64,000 bases of DNA from Vicugna vicugna (Eukaryota): contig MU058722.1 of assembly GCA_013265495.1 (NCBI GenBank), forward strand, positions 62,001-126,000, given 5' to 3'. Position numbers and translations under genes: made by a program. The notes beneath the pieces are model-generated. The model searched no databases. It saw only the letters and a program-made list of their open reading frames with translations, and was not told where the DNA came from. Shown here one piece after another: positions 12,189 through 26,660 of this stretch. Positions within the stretch are counted from its first letter, which is position 1. Each line of letters begins with the position of its first letter.

Positions 12189-13448
12189 CCCTTCTCCAAG
12201 AATGGGTCCAAGATCCCTTACCTCTAAATGTGAAGAGATGGCAGAGATGATAAAAACGCTCATGTTCTTTGAAGAGGTCATGAGAACCACACGGCCCAAG
12301 GGGCACTTCCAAACCATTCAGATCAAAATGCACCAAGCCCAGGTAAGCCTTTTCCCAGGTTTGGGCCTAGCTATCAAGAACATGCTCTTCCCTCCCCTCC
12401 ACTCAGGCATCAATTTTAATGGATCAGTACCTGAGCTGCAGTGAAGCCAGTATGAGAAAAGCAAATCCCTCCTAGGATCAGAATTCCTCTAGCTTCAAAC
12501 TCTGTGAACAACAGTGAGCTCCTTAAAGTTCAAAGGGTCACGACTAAAATAGATAGGAGTTGAATAATTTGCTCACAAAAAGAAATGGTGACCTTCTGCT
12601 ACATTCATCAAATGCTGCATTTATATCTTCTTTGGGGTGAAAGGCGTGTGGTAAGTGAGGGGAATCTTTGAATGAACTTGAATATGTATTAGGCCTCAGT
12701 TCTTCCAGACAGTTTAAGTAAATATTATTAGTCAGATACTGAACTGAACTGTAAAAGTCACCAATGACATTAAAGACACAGCTTCTGTGGACCGTCTTTC
12801 ACTTCAGTCAAGCCCTGGGTGCACTATATCATGGGGGTGCAAACATGGTTGTGTTAAATTGCTTTACCAAACATGATCGGATGATTAAGTATTTTCATTA
12901 GTGATAGAAGAACACCTGGTTCTCAATAGACTAACATAGCTGCAGCAGGTTTCTCATCGCTAAAATGCCCCTAGTTACTTTAGGAATCATGCCTAAATGT
13001 ATATATTTAGTTGGTTTTTCTTGTATTTTCCTGGAGAGGAATGTTACCCCTTGAAATGCCATCATTGGCCAGTATGAGTCATTGGGAATAAAGGGCACCA
13101 CATGCAAAAATGGAACCAATGTTGTGGGTTATTTCATGTTTCCAATAGTTATTTCATGGTTCTTGTTGGTTTTGGAGGCTTTAACATAAAGAGTGTCCAT
13201 GTCCCCTTTAACATTATGGACTGATATTTTACATTCTATCTGTCTATATTTTCCTTAGAGCTGACAAAATTTTAACATAATTGACAAGTCTTGCTTCTTG
13301 GTAGATTTAGTATGTTTCAAAAACTAACTACATATTCATATAAATCCCAAAAGATGTAAATCAATTCTACCAAACATTTTAAAGACTGCAAATTAGTTAT
13401 CAACACAATGTCAAAACTGGAGTCTTCGGACAAACCCTCCCACCATGG
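12189..13448 (+). pseudogene. EBLL RdRp-core fragment, copy A of unit 3
   Basis: ORF 12202-12444 contains FEEVMR and ends NGSVPELQ (vs NGFRPELQ). ALGALY at 12812-12829. Confidence 0.78.
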
Positions 13449-14789
13449 CTGTATAGAAAATACAGCAAATCAAAAATCAAATTTCTGTGCAATATATCTG
13501 GAAAGTGTTGATTAATAGATGCCCAGTTGGCAGAGAAGCAGTGCAACCTGCGCTCACTTGCTCCCATGTACACAGCAATGTACACATCCACTCACCCAGC
13601 ACTTGGCACAGCACATATGCTGAACAGAGGTCTGTTATTTCCAAAGACAGGATGAGGCCTCAGAAAATCTGGAAGCAGGATAGGGCCAAGTAGAGAATTG
13701 AAACCAGTGCAGGTTATGGCCCCTGGTGATGGAGCAGCAATGGTGAAACTCTGTTTTCCTTGGAAGCACACTCTCAAACAGACAGAAGACATGGGATTGA
13801 AGGTGATGCGCTGAGTGAAGAGTGCACAGCAGATGTTTGGCTGACAGAACTCAAAGAAATCACCACAAAATATCCCCACAATTGATTTTGAGAACAAGTT
13901 CGGAGCTGCCACATTTGAGGTAGCAGAGGCAGCGTTAAATGAGGGATAGGGCTACTGATGAAGGCACACGCTGATTCTCAGGGATCTGGAGTGTGTTGTG
14001 GGATGTGGTGGTCCTATCAAGGGAGCAAACTGACATGTGACCCCAATGAGAAATCAATCACATTGGCGCACGTGGTTGAGTTTATCCATATGTCCCATGG
14101 CCACACCAAGTGCATCTGCAGGACCAGGGACCAATATGGCATTTTACCAAAAGAGCACGTGTGGGGATCAATCAGAGATATCGTGCATCTGGTCTGAGTG
14201 ATCCAGGGGGCCTTGGGTTTGAAATCAGTATTAAAAGCTTTAGGATCTGTTACATTCATAACCTGGTCTGGGATTATGGTTTGGTTTGAGGCACAGAATG
14301 TGGAACAGCTCTGTGAGTGCTCTCGTGCACCCATGCCACAAGGATGAGAGAACAAGGATGAGTGGTCAAAGTCCACATCGTGAGAAGATGAAGTATTTCC
14401 TTCAGCATTATCTCCCAAAAGCAGATGCTACATTTTTGATGGCACTGACATTTTACTGCACTGGGAACACCATGGCCGGTCTATGGGATCATTTCAGCAG
14501 GGCCTGATGTACGACATCCATAGATATGTTTCCACTGGTGTTTCTGTAGACAGAGAAGCTCTGGGAAGAACTGGTTTCATTGGGACATTCCTATGGCACT
14601 AGAAAGCACAAGCGCACTATCACTTTGCTGTTTTGGAAACACCTCAAAATGACATACAGCAGAATGCAGAGCTGAGAACCTTCAGAAGCTTCATTTCCAC
14701 AAGAGGAAGTGTCACGTGCACTTTCAGAATTGTGAGATAAGCCTAAAAAAGATGAGGTTATAATAATCGAAATAGTATGGTGTGTTCAT

Positions 14790-16595
14790 CACAACAAAGG
14801 CAACACCACAAGTTGGAGATATACCAGAGAACACACACAGCAACAGGACATGGCATCAATGTCTAGGAAAAATTGTCCTCACAGAAATACCATGGAATTG
14901 CATAGAGCCAAGTGTCTAAAATTTTCACTTAAAAAAGCACTATAATTCTACATTAGATACCTGATATTACTTGACCAGTAGAGATGAAGAAGTACAGTAA
15001 AAGAAAAAGGAAGCACCATTTTCAGTTCCAAAGAGATTGATGGCCCAAAAGATAAGCTTTCATACATCGAGACTGCAAAACGCTTTCAGAGCAAGTATTG
15101 AAATTGAAGTGGAGGGAAACACTGAATTAAAACAGTGTCTCAGAATCACAAAAGGCAGAATACCAGAAAATGGGAAGAGAAACTCTAAAGACGAGCCAAA
15201 TAATATCAGAAAACTCAATGTATGAGATAATAACAGGGCTAAAGTTCAGTCCTAAGCAGACTAGATAATGTAGAGGAACGCGTGAATGACTGTGAAGACA
15301 GGTGAAGAGAAATCCCTCGATCAGAAGCAGACATAGAAAAGCAAGTGCAAACCAATGAAAACATTGCTGTTAAATCCTCGAGTAAGACAAGGCATCAAAG
15401 ACTAGGATTCATAAGATTCCCAGATGGAAAAACAAGAGATAAAAAGAAAAGTCTGCAGAATTATCTGTAGAAAAATCAGACTGAAACTTGCTGAAAGCCA
15501 AGAAAGAATCATCTATACGAATTCAGGTAGTACACAGCGTCCAAAGGAGGTGGAATCCCAATAGACCTACCAGCAGCTGTATGATTCAAATCAACAAATT
15601 TCATGAGCTTCCCAGTGATTTAAAATGCACCTGGAGGAAAGCAACAGAGTCACAAGAGAACCTCCAGAGGGGTTTCATCTGATATCTTGACAGCAATATT
15701 GCAAGGAAGGGAGGAGTGCCAGGACATAGGCCATAACCTGAATGGGAAAAGCTGCCATCTATGGTAGCCTATGCCACATGACCGCCATTTCTAATAAAGG
15801 CAGAACTAGAGAATTCCACAGACTGTCAAACCTTAAAAGAATTCACCATAAATGGATGTTGAATTTTATCAAATGCTTTTTCTGCATCGATTTAGATGAT
15901 CATGTCATTTTTGTCCTTTCTCTTATTGATGTGATGTATTATGTGGAATCTAAATAACAGAAACAAAAACAAACAGACAAAAATATAGTATAAATATAGG
16001 ACAGAAATAGACTCATGGACAGAGAGTACAGACTTGTGGTTACCAGGGTGGTGGAGGGTGGGAAGGGATAGATTGGGATTTCAAAATTGTGAAATAGATA
16101 AACAAGTTTACACTGTATAGCACAGGGAAACATACACAAAATGTTATGATAAATCACAAAGAAAAAAATGTGACAATGAGTGTGTGTATGTCCATGAATG
16201 ACTGAAAAATTGTGCTGAACACTGGAATTTGACACAACATTGTAAAATGATTATAAATCAAAAAAAAAAAAAAAGAATTCAGCAGTTCAAAACTTATCCT
16301 AAAAGAAAGATTGAAAATGCTACCCTGAATAGAAAAGCAGCAAGATGAAATGGAAATAAGAAAACCATTATTGGAAATGCAAATAGAGCATGTGTTGCAA
16401 AGAATAAACAAGAAGAAGGCAAGGAAGACATCAAAACCCTAAAGATGGGAGGGGAAAGTAGGAAATCATAGGTGATTTTAAGCACTATCTTAAGTGAATC
16501 ACCTTATATGACTCTCTGTTTTAAGCAAACGGAGAGATGCATGGCCTGATGTGTTTGCAAAACAAACAAACAATCAAACAAACAAGCACCAAAAG
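14790..16595 (+). mobile_element. Decayed LINE-1 5'UTR end + ORF1 (array component), interrupted by a young L1
   Basis: Colinear with other units. Confidence 0.85.
15846..16270 (+). mobile_element. Young 5'-truncated, 5'-inverted L1 insertion
   Basis: TSD aaaagaattca at 15835-15845 and 16271-16281, TT/AAAA target and poly(A). 15846-15940 is antisense ORF2 RT (DAEKAFDKIQHPFM) and 15941-16270 is sense 3'UTR. Confidence 0.93.
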
Positions 16596-17896
16596 GGTAC
16601 GGTTGGCTGACATATACCAAAGGAACCATGATTATTCAAAAGAAAATACTCAAGGTGATGTCAAGTTTCATTCAGCACGCATCGACTCAGTATTGCGGCT
16701 TGCATGTACTCAACGCACTTGTATTCAGAAAACACATGTGTGCATTAATATTCATAAATATTGTTTCATAAGAGCATATCGTGTCCTAACCCAAATGCCA
16801 ATTTGAAATAAAATGAATTCATAGTCCGTGATACAGACTTGCAAGTCTTCCAAAAGGATGAATGAATGCCATATTCTACCCTACGTAGAGAATAAATGGC
16901 ATAAGCCTATAACAAATACAAGTAGCTGTGTAAAACTGTACTAAGAGCAAAAGAGACAGACAGTAAAGTGCACATTGTGATTGGTTTCATTTCTTGGAAT
17001 TTCAGCCCCCATGAAATAAATGGATCCATGTCCTGAGAGTGTGGGTGTTTCAGCAGAAATCAACTGACGGATATGTATTCTGGGTGTATGGATATTACAG
17101 AAACATAAGTTTCCTTTAGTGGGTCTCTTTGTACTGTTAACTGTTAGAAAGTTTAAAAACGTGTGAAATCATAAACTAAATATGGACACACTTCCCTCCG
17201 TTTGTACTGCGCATACAGATCTGAACATAAGGAAAGAGGTAAGATAAAAGCCCATGGGACGCTAGTGGATAGAATCACATTTACCTTCAGGAACCTCTCG
17301 ACTGATGCAGCCCATCCCCCGACACTGACAGGATGCAGCAACCATTGGGGATGGCAGTTACCGGTTGGATTCCAGGTGGAATGTTGGTGTGTACCACGAG
17401 GCTTGTTTTGGCTGGTGGTTCCTAGGTAACTGGGCAGAGTTCTGTGGGTGGATCAGTATGATGGAAGGGCTGCCGCCCTCTGTGGAGCTTGGCTTAGGTC
17501 TTTTGTTTGGGAAGCTGTTTAATTTTGAGATATTGCTGCTGGCCAAAAACCTGAGTTCACGGGTCAGTTTGCAGAACCTGAAAGGGCAGACAGTGGAAGA
17601 TCTGCCTGTCATCAGCTTACTGGTGTGGCTCCGAGGTACTTTCAGACTTGCCCAGTCTTGTTGAAGTCGACTTTACGGGAGACATGAAGAGAAGCTGGCA
17701 GAAAAGCTGGCTGCATGGATTGAGGAGAGATGCGAATACATTGATGAGAGATGTTCTACTACAATGGGGAATACTGGCATGAAGACAGCTGTAGAGAATA
17801 CCAGGCTTGAAAGACATTCATGAGACATATTGAACCTCGCTGATAATGGCAGAAGCATACTGAATGCCAATGAGGACATGAGGAAGTTACTCAATT

Positions 17897-19160
17897 GTCT
17901 GCTCCAAGAACGGGTCCAATATCCCTGACGTCTAAAAGAGAAGAGATGGCAGAAATCATAAAAACGCTCATGTTCTTGGAAGAGGACATGAGAATCCACA
18001 CGTCCCAATGGGCTTTTCCTAACAATTCAGACCATAATGCATCGAGCCCAGGTAAGCTTTTTCCCAGTTTGTGGCCTAGCTAACAAGCACTTGCTCTTCC
18101 CACCCCTCTACTCAGGCATCCATTTTCATGGATCATCACCTGAGCTGCAATGAAGCCATTTGAGGTATAGCAAGCCAATCCTAGAATGAATGTTCCTCAA
18201 ACTTCACACTCTGTGCACAACACTGAACTACTCAATGTTCAAATTCTCTCGACTATAATAGATAGGAATTCAATACTTAGCTTACACAAAGAAATGATGA
18301 ACTACCCCTTGATTCAGCAAATGCTGTGTTTACGTCTTCTTTGTGGTGAAGGGAGTGTGGTAAGTGAGGGGAATCTTTGACTGAACTTTAATACGTATTA
18401 GGCCTCATTTTTTCATGACAGTATAGGTAACTATTATAAGTCAGTTATTGAAGTGAACTGTAAAACTAGCCATAGACATGTAAGGACACATGTTATGTGG
18501 ACCATCTTTTCCCTTCATTCAAGCTCCGGGTGCAATATATCATGAGGTAGCAGACTTGGTTGGGTTAAGTTGCATTACTCAACATGATCATAAGGTTAAG
18601 CTTTCACATCGTTGATAGAAGGGCAACTGGCTCTCAATAGCCTAGCAAAGCTGTGGCAGTTATCTCACAGCTGTAATGCCTCTAGGTGCTTTTGGAACCA
18701 AGCCTACATAGAAATAAGTCCTTTCGGTTTCCTTGTGTTTTCCTAGAGAGTGTTACCCTTGGATATGACAAAATTGGCCAGTATGTTTCACTGGGAAGAT
18801 AGGGCACCATATGCACATGGGGAACCCAGGTTGGGGGTTATTTCATGGTTCCAATAAGTATTTCATGGTTCCTGTTGGTGTTGGTTTCATCAACAGTAAA
18901 GCGTTGACGTATCCCCTTCATCATTTTGGACTGCTATTTTACATTCTATCTGCTTAATTTTCCCTTATTGCTGACAATATGTTACCTGAATATGACAAGT
19001 CTGGCTTGTAAGTGGATTTAGTTTGTTTCAAAATCTAACTTCATTTTCATATAAATACCAACATATGTAAATGAATTTTATTAACATTTTGAAAGACTGC
19101 AACTGAGGTATCAACACATTGTCAAAAGTGCAGTCTACGGACAAACACTCCCACCATGTC
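17897..19160 (+). pseudogene. EBLL RdRp-core fragment, copy A of unit 4
   Basis: ORF 18186-18380 carries IIDRN and GEG about 28 codons apart, close to the recalled QDRFN-to-GEG spacing. APGAIY at 18523-18540. Confidence 0.72.
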
Positions 19161-20499
19161 TGTATAGGAAATAGAGATAAACAAGAATCACACTTCTGTG
19201 AGTTATATATGGAAATTGTTTATTTATTGATGCCCAGTTGGCAGAGTACCAGTGCAACCTATACACACTTGGTCGCATGTACACAGCAAGATAAACATCC
19301 ACTCACCCAGACCTTGGTTCAGGACACTTTCTGAAGGGTGGTCTCTTACTTCCAATGACAGGATGAGGCCTCAGAAAACCTGGAAGGAGGTGATGGAAAA
19401 GTAGAGAATGGAAATCAGTGCCGGATCTGACCTCCGAAGATAGAGCATCAAAGGTGAAACTCTGTTTTACTTAGGCGCACACTCTCAAGCAGACAAGACA
19501 CATGGTATTGAAAGCGATGTGCTGAGTGTTACAAGAGTGTACAGCAGATGCCTGTCAGTCAGAACTCAAGAAATGTACAAGAAATAACCCCATAATTGAT
19601 TGTGAGACCAAGATCCGTGCTGCCAAATTTGAGCTTGCATTGGCTGCGGAAAATGAGGATAGGGCAATGGATGATGTCACATGCTGAATCTCAGGGATCT
19701 GGAGTGAGTTGTGGATTGTGGTTGGCCCTATCAAGGGACAAAACTGACCTTGGACCCCAATGAGAAAGCAACTAACCTGCCGCACAAAATGCAGTTTATA
19801 CAAATGTCCCATTGCCACATCCAATGCTTCTGCAAGCCCAGGGACCAAATTGGCATTTTGCCAATAGAGCACGTATGGGGCTCAATCAGAGAAATCATGC
19901 ATGTGGTCTGAGTTATCCAGGGTTCCTTGGGGAAGAAATCAGTTTCCAGAGTGTTAGGATCAGCTATTTTCATACCCAGGACTGGGACTAATATTTGGTA
20001 TGAAGTAAAGGATGCGGGACAGCTCTGTGGTTGCCTTTGTGGTCAAAAGCCACAATGATGAGAGAACAAAAAAGTGGTCTAGGTCCACAGTGTGGAAAGA
20101 TGAAACATTTCCTTCACCATTATTTCCCAAATGTAGATGCTACATTTAGGATGGCACTGTCATGGTACGGCACCGAGGACATCTAGGTGTGGCTGCATGA
20201 TAAGGGCAGCAGGCCCTGATGCATGACATCCTTATATATATTTTTACAGATTTTTCTGTAGACAGAGAGGCTCTGGGAAGAACTGGCAACATTGGGACAT
20301 TCCCAGTGAAATATAAAGTACAAGGTGAGTGTAATGATGCTGGTTTGGAATCACCCCAAAATGGCATATAATATCCTGCAGATCTGAAATCATTTACAAG
20401 CTTTGTTTCCACTAGAGAAAGGATCCTCTGCACTTTCAGAACTGTGACATAAGTGTAATAAAAATGAGGTTATACTAAACCACGAGAGTATGGTGGGTT

Positions 20500-21885
20500 C
20501 ATCACAACTAAAGCAACACAAGCATTTCGAGATATACCAGACAACACACACAGGAATACAACATGGCATCAATGTCTAGGAAAAAATGTATTCACATAAA
20601 TATCATGGAATTGTGTACACCAAAGAGACTAAAATTTTCACTTAACCAAGCCTGAAAACTCTACATTACATACCAGATAGTACTTGATGAATAGAGATAA
20701 AGAACTATAGTAAAAGAAACAGGAAGTACCATCTTCAGTTCCAAACAGATTGAAGGCCCCAAAAAGCTTTCAAACACCAAGACTGTGAAACACTACTAGA
20801 GCAATTATTGAAAAAGGTGGTGAGAGAAACTCTGAAGAACAACAGTGTCTCAGAATCACAAAAGGCACAATACCAGAAAAGGTGAAGAGAACCTCTAAAG
20901 ACAAGACAAATAAAATCAGTAATCTCAATGAATGAGATAACAGCAGTGCTAAAGTCAGTCCTAAGCAGACTAGATAATTCAGATGGATGTGAGAATGACT
21001 GTGAACACAGGAGAACAGAAATCCCTCTATCAGATGATGACATAGACAAGCAAGTGAAAACCAATGCAAATCTTGTTGTTGAATCCTGGGGTAGGACAAA
21101 GCATGAAGGAATAGGACTCATAAGAATCCCAGAGGGAAAAGCAAGATATTAAAACGAAAATCTCAAAAGATATCTGGAGACAAATCAGACTGAAACTTGC
21201 TGAAATCCAAGAAACAATCATCTATATGAATCCAGGAGCAAACAGCATCCAAATTATGTTTAATCCCAATAGACTTACAAGCAGCTTTATTATCAATCAA
21301 ATCATCAAAATTCATGATCAACCCAGTGATTTTAATGCACCTAGAGTAAAGCAAATTAGTCACAACAGAACCTCCAGAGGGGTTTCAGCTGTTATCTCGA
21401 CAGAAATATTGCAGGACAGAAAGGAGTGCCAGGAACAGACCAAACCCTGAATGCGAAAAACCTGCAATCAAGGGAAGCCTATGCCACAAGACCGCCATTT
21501 CTAATAACGGCAGAACTAGACAATTTCACAGACCAGCAAAACTTTAAAGAATTCAGCAGTTTGAAACTTATCCCAAAAGAAAAATTGAGAATTCTACCCT
21601 GAATAGAAAAGTAGCAAGACGAAATGGAAATAAGAAAACCATCATTGGAAATGCAAGAAGAGCCATGAGTTGCAGAGAATAAACAAGAAGAAGGCAAGGA
21701 GGACATCAAAACCCTCAAGATGGGAGAGGGAAGCAGGAAAACACAGGTGATTTTCAGCACTATGCAAACTGAATCAGCTTATATGACTCTCTGTTTGAAG
21801 CAAACGGAGAGATGCATGGCCTAATGGGTTTGCAAAACAAAGAATAAGGAAACAAACAAAAAATCAATCAAACAAACAAACACCA
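20500..21885 (+). mobile_element. Decayed LINE-1 5'UTR end + ORF1 (array component)
   Basis: ORF 20928-21152 SRLDNSDG...GLIRIPEGK. Confidence 0.85.
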
Positions 21886-23166
21886 ATGTGTACGGTTCAC
21901 TGATAGATATCCAAAGGAACCATGAGAATTCAAAAGAAAATTCTCAAATGGTTGTCAAGGATCATTCAGCATGCTTCGACCCACTATCGCTTCTTGTATG
22001 TACTCAGAACATTTGTATTCAGAAAAGAGATGCATGCAATAATATTCATAAATATTGCTTCATAAGAGCACATCGTGACCTAACCCAAATGCCTATTTTG
22101 AATAAAATGTATTCATTTTCCGTGATATAATCTTACATGTCTTCCAACAGAATGAATGAATGTCATATTCAACTCTATGTAGAGATTAAATGGCATATGC
22201 CTGTAACAAAGACAATTAGCTCTACAAAACTGTACTAATATCTAAAGAGACAGACAGTAAAGTGTACGTTGAGACTGGCTTCACTTCTAGGAATTTCATC
22301 CTCCATGAAAGAAATGGATCCATGTTCTGAGAGTGTGGGTGTTTCAGCAGGAAAGAACAGACGGATATGTATTCTGGCTAAATGGGTATTGCACAAACAT
22401 ATGATTTCTATAGTGGGTCTTTTTGTACTGTTAACTGTTAGAAAGTTTAAAGACAGGTGAAACCATTAACTTAACTTGGAGAGACTTCCCTCCGTTTGTA
22501 CTATGTATAGAGATCTGAACCAAAGGAAAGAGGGTAGGGAAAAAAGAACCATGGGACAATAATGGAGAGAATCATTTTTACCTTAGGAACCTCTCGTCTG
22601 ATGCAGCCACTCCTCAAACACTGACAAGAAGCAGTAACCTTTGGGGATGGCAGTTACCAGTTGGATTCCAGGTGGAATGTTGGTGTGTTCCACAAGCCTT
22701 GTTGTGGCTTGTGGATCCATAGTAACTGGGCAGAGCCCTGTGGGTGGATCAGTGTCATGATAGCACTGCCACCCTCTGTGGAGCTTGGCTTAAGTCTCTT
22801 GTTCGGGAAGCTGTGTAAGTTCGAGATACTACTGCTGCCCAAAGACCTGAGTTCATGGGTCAGTTTCCAGAACCTGAAAGGGCATACTGTGGGAGATCTG
22901 CCTGTCATCAGCTTACTGGTGCCCAATCCTTTAGAATTTGACTTTATATTATGGGAGAAGAGAATCTGGCAGAAAAGCTGGCTGCACGGATTGAGGAGAG
23001 ATGCGAACATATTGATGAGAGTTGTTCTGCTACAATGGAGAATACTGACATGGAGACTTCTGTAGAGAATACGAGGCTCATAAGACATTCATGAGACATA
23101 TTGAGCCTCGTTGATACTGGCGGTAACCTGTGGAGGGTGAACTTGCACTTGAGGAAGGTACTGAAT

Positions 23167-24430
23167 TCTCTGCTCCAAGAACGGGACGAAGATTGCTTCC
23201 GTACAAAACAGAAGAGAAGGTAGAGTTGATAGAAGCTCTCATGTTCTTGGAAGATGTCTTGAAAATCCACACGTCCCATGGGGCATTTACAAACCACTCA
23301 GACGACCAAGCACCCAGCCCTGGTAAGCCTTTTCCCAGGTTTGGGCCTAGCTTTCAAGCTCTTGCTCTTCCCTCCCCTCCAGTCTGTTATCCATTTCAAA
23401 GAATCAGCACTTCAACTGCATTGAAGCCAGTAGGAACACAGGAAGCCACTTCCTAGAATCAGAGTTCCTCCACCTTCACATTCTGTGCATAACAGTGAAC
23501 TCCTCCATGGTCAACTACTCTCGACTAAAATAGATTGGATTTCAATTCTTAGCTCACACCTTGAAATGATGACCTTCCACTAGATTCAGAAAATGCTGGG
23601 GTTATCTCTACTTTAGTATGAAGGGTGTTTTGTAAGTGAGTGGATTCTTTGCCTGAATTTGAATATTTATTTATCCTCATTTTTTCAAAACAGTATTTGT
23701 AACTATTATAATTCTGTTATTGAAATGAAGTGTAATTGTTGGCATAGATATGTAGTGACACATTTTTTGTGGACCATTTTTTCCCTTCAGTCAAGTACAG
23801 GGTGCAGGATATAATGTGGTTGCCGTATGTGTTGGGTTAAATTGTGTTTCTCAACATAATTGGACGATTAAACATTCTCATCTTTCATAGAAGAGAACAT
23901 GATTCTCAATAGTCTAGCAAAACTGCAGCAGTGTTCTCACATCAATAATGTCTCTAAGTGCTATTGAAACCAAGCCTATATGAAAATATATTGTTTGGGT
24001 TTCTTTGTGCTTTCCTAAATAGTAATGTTGCCCCTTGAATCGCCAACGTTGACCAGTATGTGCCATTATTAGGAAAGGGCACCACATGAACAATGGAAAC
24101 CCATGGTTGTGGTTGTTAATGATTCTAAGAATTATTTCATTGTTTTTGTGTGTTGGAGGCACCAAGAGAAAAGTGTTGACCTGCCTCCTTCATGACTTTT
24201 GGCTGCTAATTTATATTTTCTGTGTATTTTTCTTATTTGGGTAGTCCAAGATGATACCTAAGTTTGGCAACTCTGTCTTGTATTTAGATTTAGTATATTT
24301 CTAAAACTATCTTTATTTTGATACATTTCCCATAGTATGTAATTCAATTCTGTTAACTATTTGAAAGTCTGCAATGGAGGTATGAACACATTGTCAGACC
24401 TGGAGTCTTTGAACACATCCTTCCACCATT
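23167..24430 (+). pseudogene. EBLL RdRp-core fragment, copy A of unit 5 (more diverged)
   Basis: Nucleotide colinearity with copy A of units 1-4. ORF 23130-23456 reads LMFLEDVLKIHTS. Confidence 0.65.
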
Positions 24431-25779
24431 GATATAGAGAAAAATAGCTAAACAAGGATCAAGTGTCTGTGAGTTATGTCTTAATTGTGTTAATTTATCC
24501 ATGCCAAACTGGCAGAGTACCAGTGCAAACTTCGCTCACTCTCTCCCACGTATACAGCAAGATAAACATCCACTCTCCCGGCCCTTGGCTCAGGATCCCT
24601 GCTGAATAATGGCCAAACATCTCTTACTTCAAAAGTCAGAAAGAATTCTCACATAACCTGGAAAGAGTAGAAGGCAAAGTAGAGAATGGAAATCAGTGCA
24701 GGACCTGACCTTTGGTGAAGGAGCAGTAAAGGGGAAACTGTGTTTTACTGGGATGCACACTCTAAAGTTGACAGGTCATTTGAGATGGAAGATGATGCGC
24801 TGAGGGTTAAAAGAGTGCATAGTTGGACGTTTGATTGACATAACTGAAAACAATAATGACAAAAGTTTTCTGCAATTGATTCCCAGACCAATACTCCATC
24901 TGCCTATTTTGAGCTAGGAGTTCCTGTGTAATCTGTGTGTTAGGGCTGTGGCTGATGTCACAAATTTATTCCCAGGGGTTTGGAGATTGTTTTGGGCTGT
25001 GGTTGGTACTATCTAGAGAACAGATCTGCCTGGGTCCTCTCTTAATATTAAATCTGCTGGCATATGTGTTGTGGATTAGCTTAGTAACCCAGGGCCTTAG
25101 TCACAGTCTTTTCACATCCACAGTATAATTGCTCATTTTATCCATAAAGGAGAAATGGTCTCAATCAGAGCCATCTTTATCTGGTTTCTAGAATCCAGGG
25201 CAATTTAGTGTTGAAATAAGATTCTATAGCCAAAAGATCTGCAACTTTCATAGGCAGGATTGAAATTTCTTATTGTCCAAAGCAGAGGTTTTTGAAATGC
25301 TCCATGCTTGCCTTTGAGTTCCCATGCCTTATTGACAAAAGTTCTTGGAGCAGAGATCTGATGAAAAATAGGAGAATTTGAAGCCTTTCCATCAACCTTG
25401 CCTACCACATGCTAATGCAACTATAGTTGTGGTGCTGACCCAGTACTACACTAAGGACCCAATTGTGGCACTGCAGGATTGTTTCAGCAGGTTCTAATGC
25501 GTGACATCATTAGATTTGTTTCCACTTTTGTTTTTGTTTGCAGAGAACCTGAGGGAACCCATTATAAAATTTTGACTTTTCCGTGGAAACAGTAAGGACA
25601 AATGCACTTTCATGAGAGTGTATTGGAAACATTCCCTCTCCACATATCCAGCCTGCAGCCCAGAAACCATTTGGAAGCCTCTATTTCAGCAAAAATGACT
25701 AGTCCCAGCACTGTCAGAGCTATGATAAGCATTTAACCAAAATGACACTCTGCTAACTTCACTAGAATAGGATGTATTC

Positions 25780-26660
25780 ACCACAACAAAAACCACACTA
25801 GCAATCATAGATATAACAGGCAATGGACACAGAAGGAATGCATGCCATCATTACATACCAAAAACAATCCTCACAGCATTAAAACTAAATGTGCACAGAA
25901 ATGATTTCACTTACAAAAGCCATTCAAGTCTATAATAGATAACTGATAATCCTTAACCCATAGCGATAGAGAGATATAATAAAGTTAAAAGAACTATTCC
26001 AAATTTTCAAAAGACAGGAGTCTCCTGAAAGAACATCCAATGTATTAGACCCCCAAAATTTACTAGAACATGACTTGAAAAGGGAGGACATAAAAACACT
26101 GAAGGAAATCTTGAGTCTATGAATACAAATGCAGGCTAGTATAAATGGAAAGAGAAACACTTTAGATGAGCCAAATATAATCAGAAAACTCAATGGTGAG
26201 AATAGCTAAGCTAAAGACAGTCCAAATCGGACTAGATAATGCACAGGAACAAATAAATGACTTAGAAAACAGGATAACCGCAATCACTCAGTCAGAACAC
26301 GACATAGAAAAGCAAGTGAAAACCAATGCAAGCAATGCAACTGAAACCTGGGATAAGAGAAAACATACCAGTGTATGACTCATAGGGATCCCACATGGAA
26401 AAGAATAAAGACAAATGGTTTGAAAAGGTATTTGAAGAAATCAGACTGAAATTTTCTTAAACCAAATATAGAACCGGCTATCTCAACACAGCAAGCACAG
26501 AGCGTCCAAGCATAATGAACCCCAGTAGGCCTACAACAATATGTATTCTAATTTAAATGGCCAAAATTGATAATAAGGAAATGATTCTAAATGCACCAAA
26601 ATAGAAACAAGTGCATTGCAAGAGAACTTTTTAATGTCTTCAGCTGATTTCTCAACAGAT
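25780..26660 (+). mobile_element. LINE-1 ORF1 fragment at the array edge, truncated at the ADFS motif
   Basis: ORF 26193-26378 LDNAQEQINDLENRITAITQSE is close to typical ORF1p. The fragment ends at cagctgatttctcaacag. Confidence 0.88.

Larger units (their letters stand above)
1..26660. repeat. ~5.3 kb-unit macrosatellite, 5 units visible (1-5276, 5277-10348, 10349-15636, 15637-21346, 21347-~26602), open at left edge
   Basis: The anchor gaaagcaacatagtcacaagagaacctccagagggg recurs with substitutions at 1, 5277, 10349, 15637, 21347 and degenerately at ~26603. The same short ORF peptides recur in every unit (e.g. EGLPPSVELGL, MSHECL). Confidence 0.97.
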
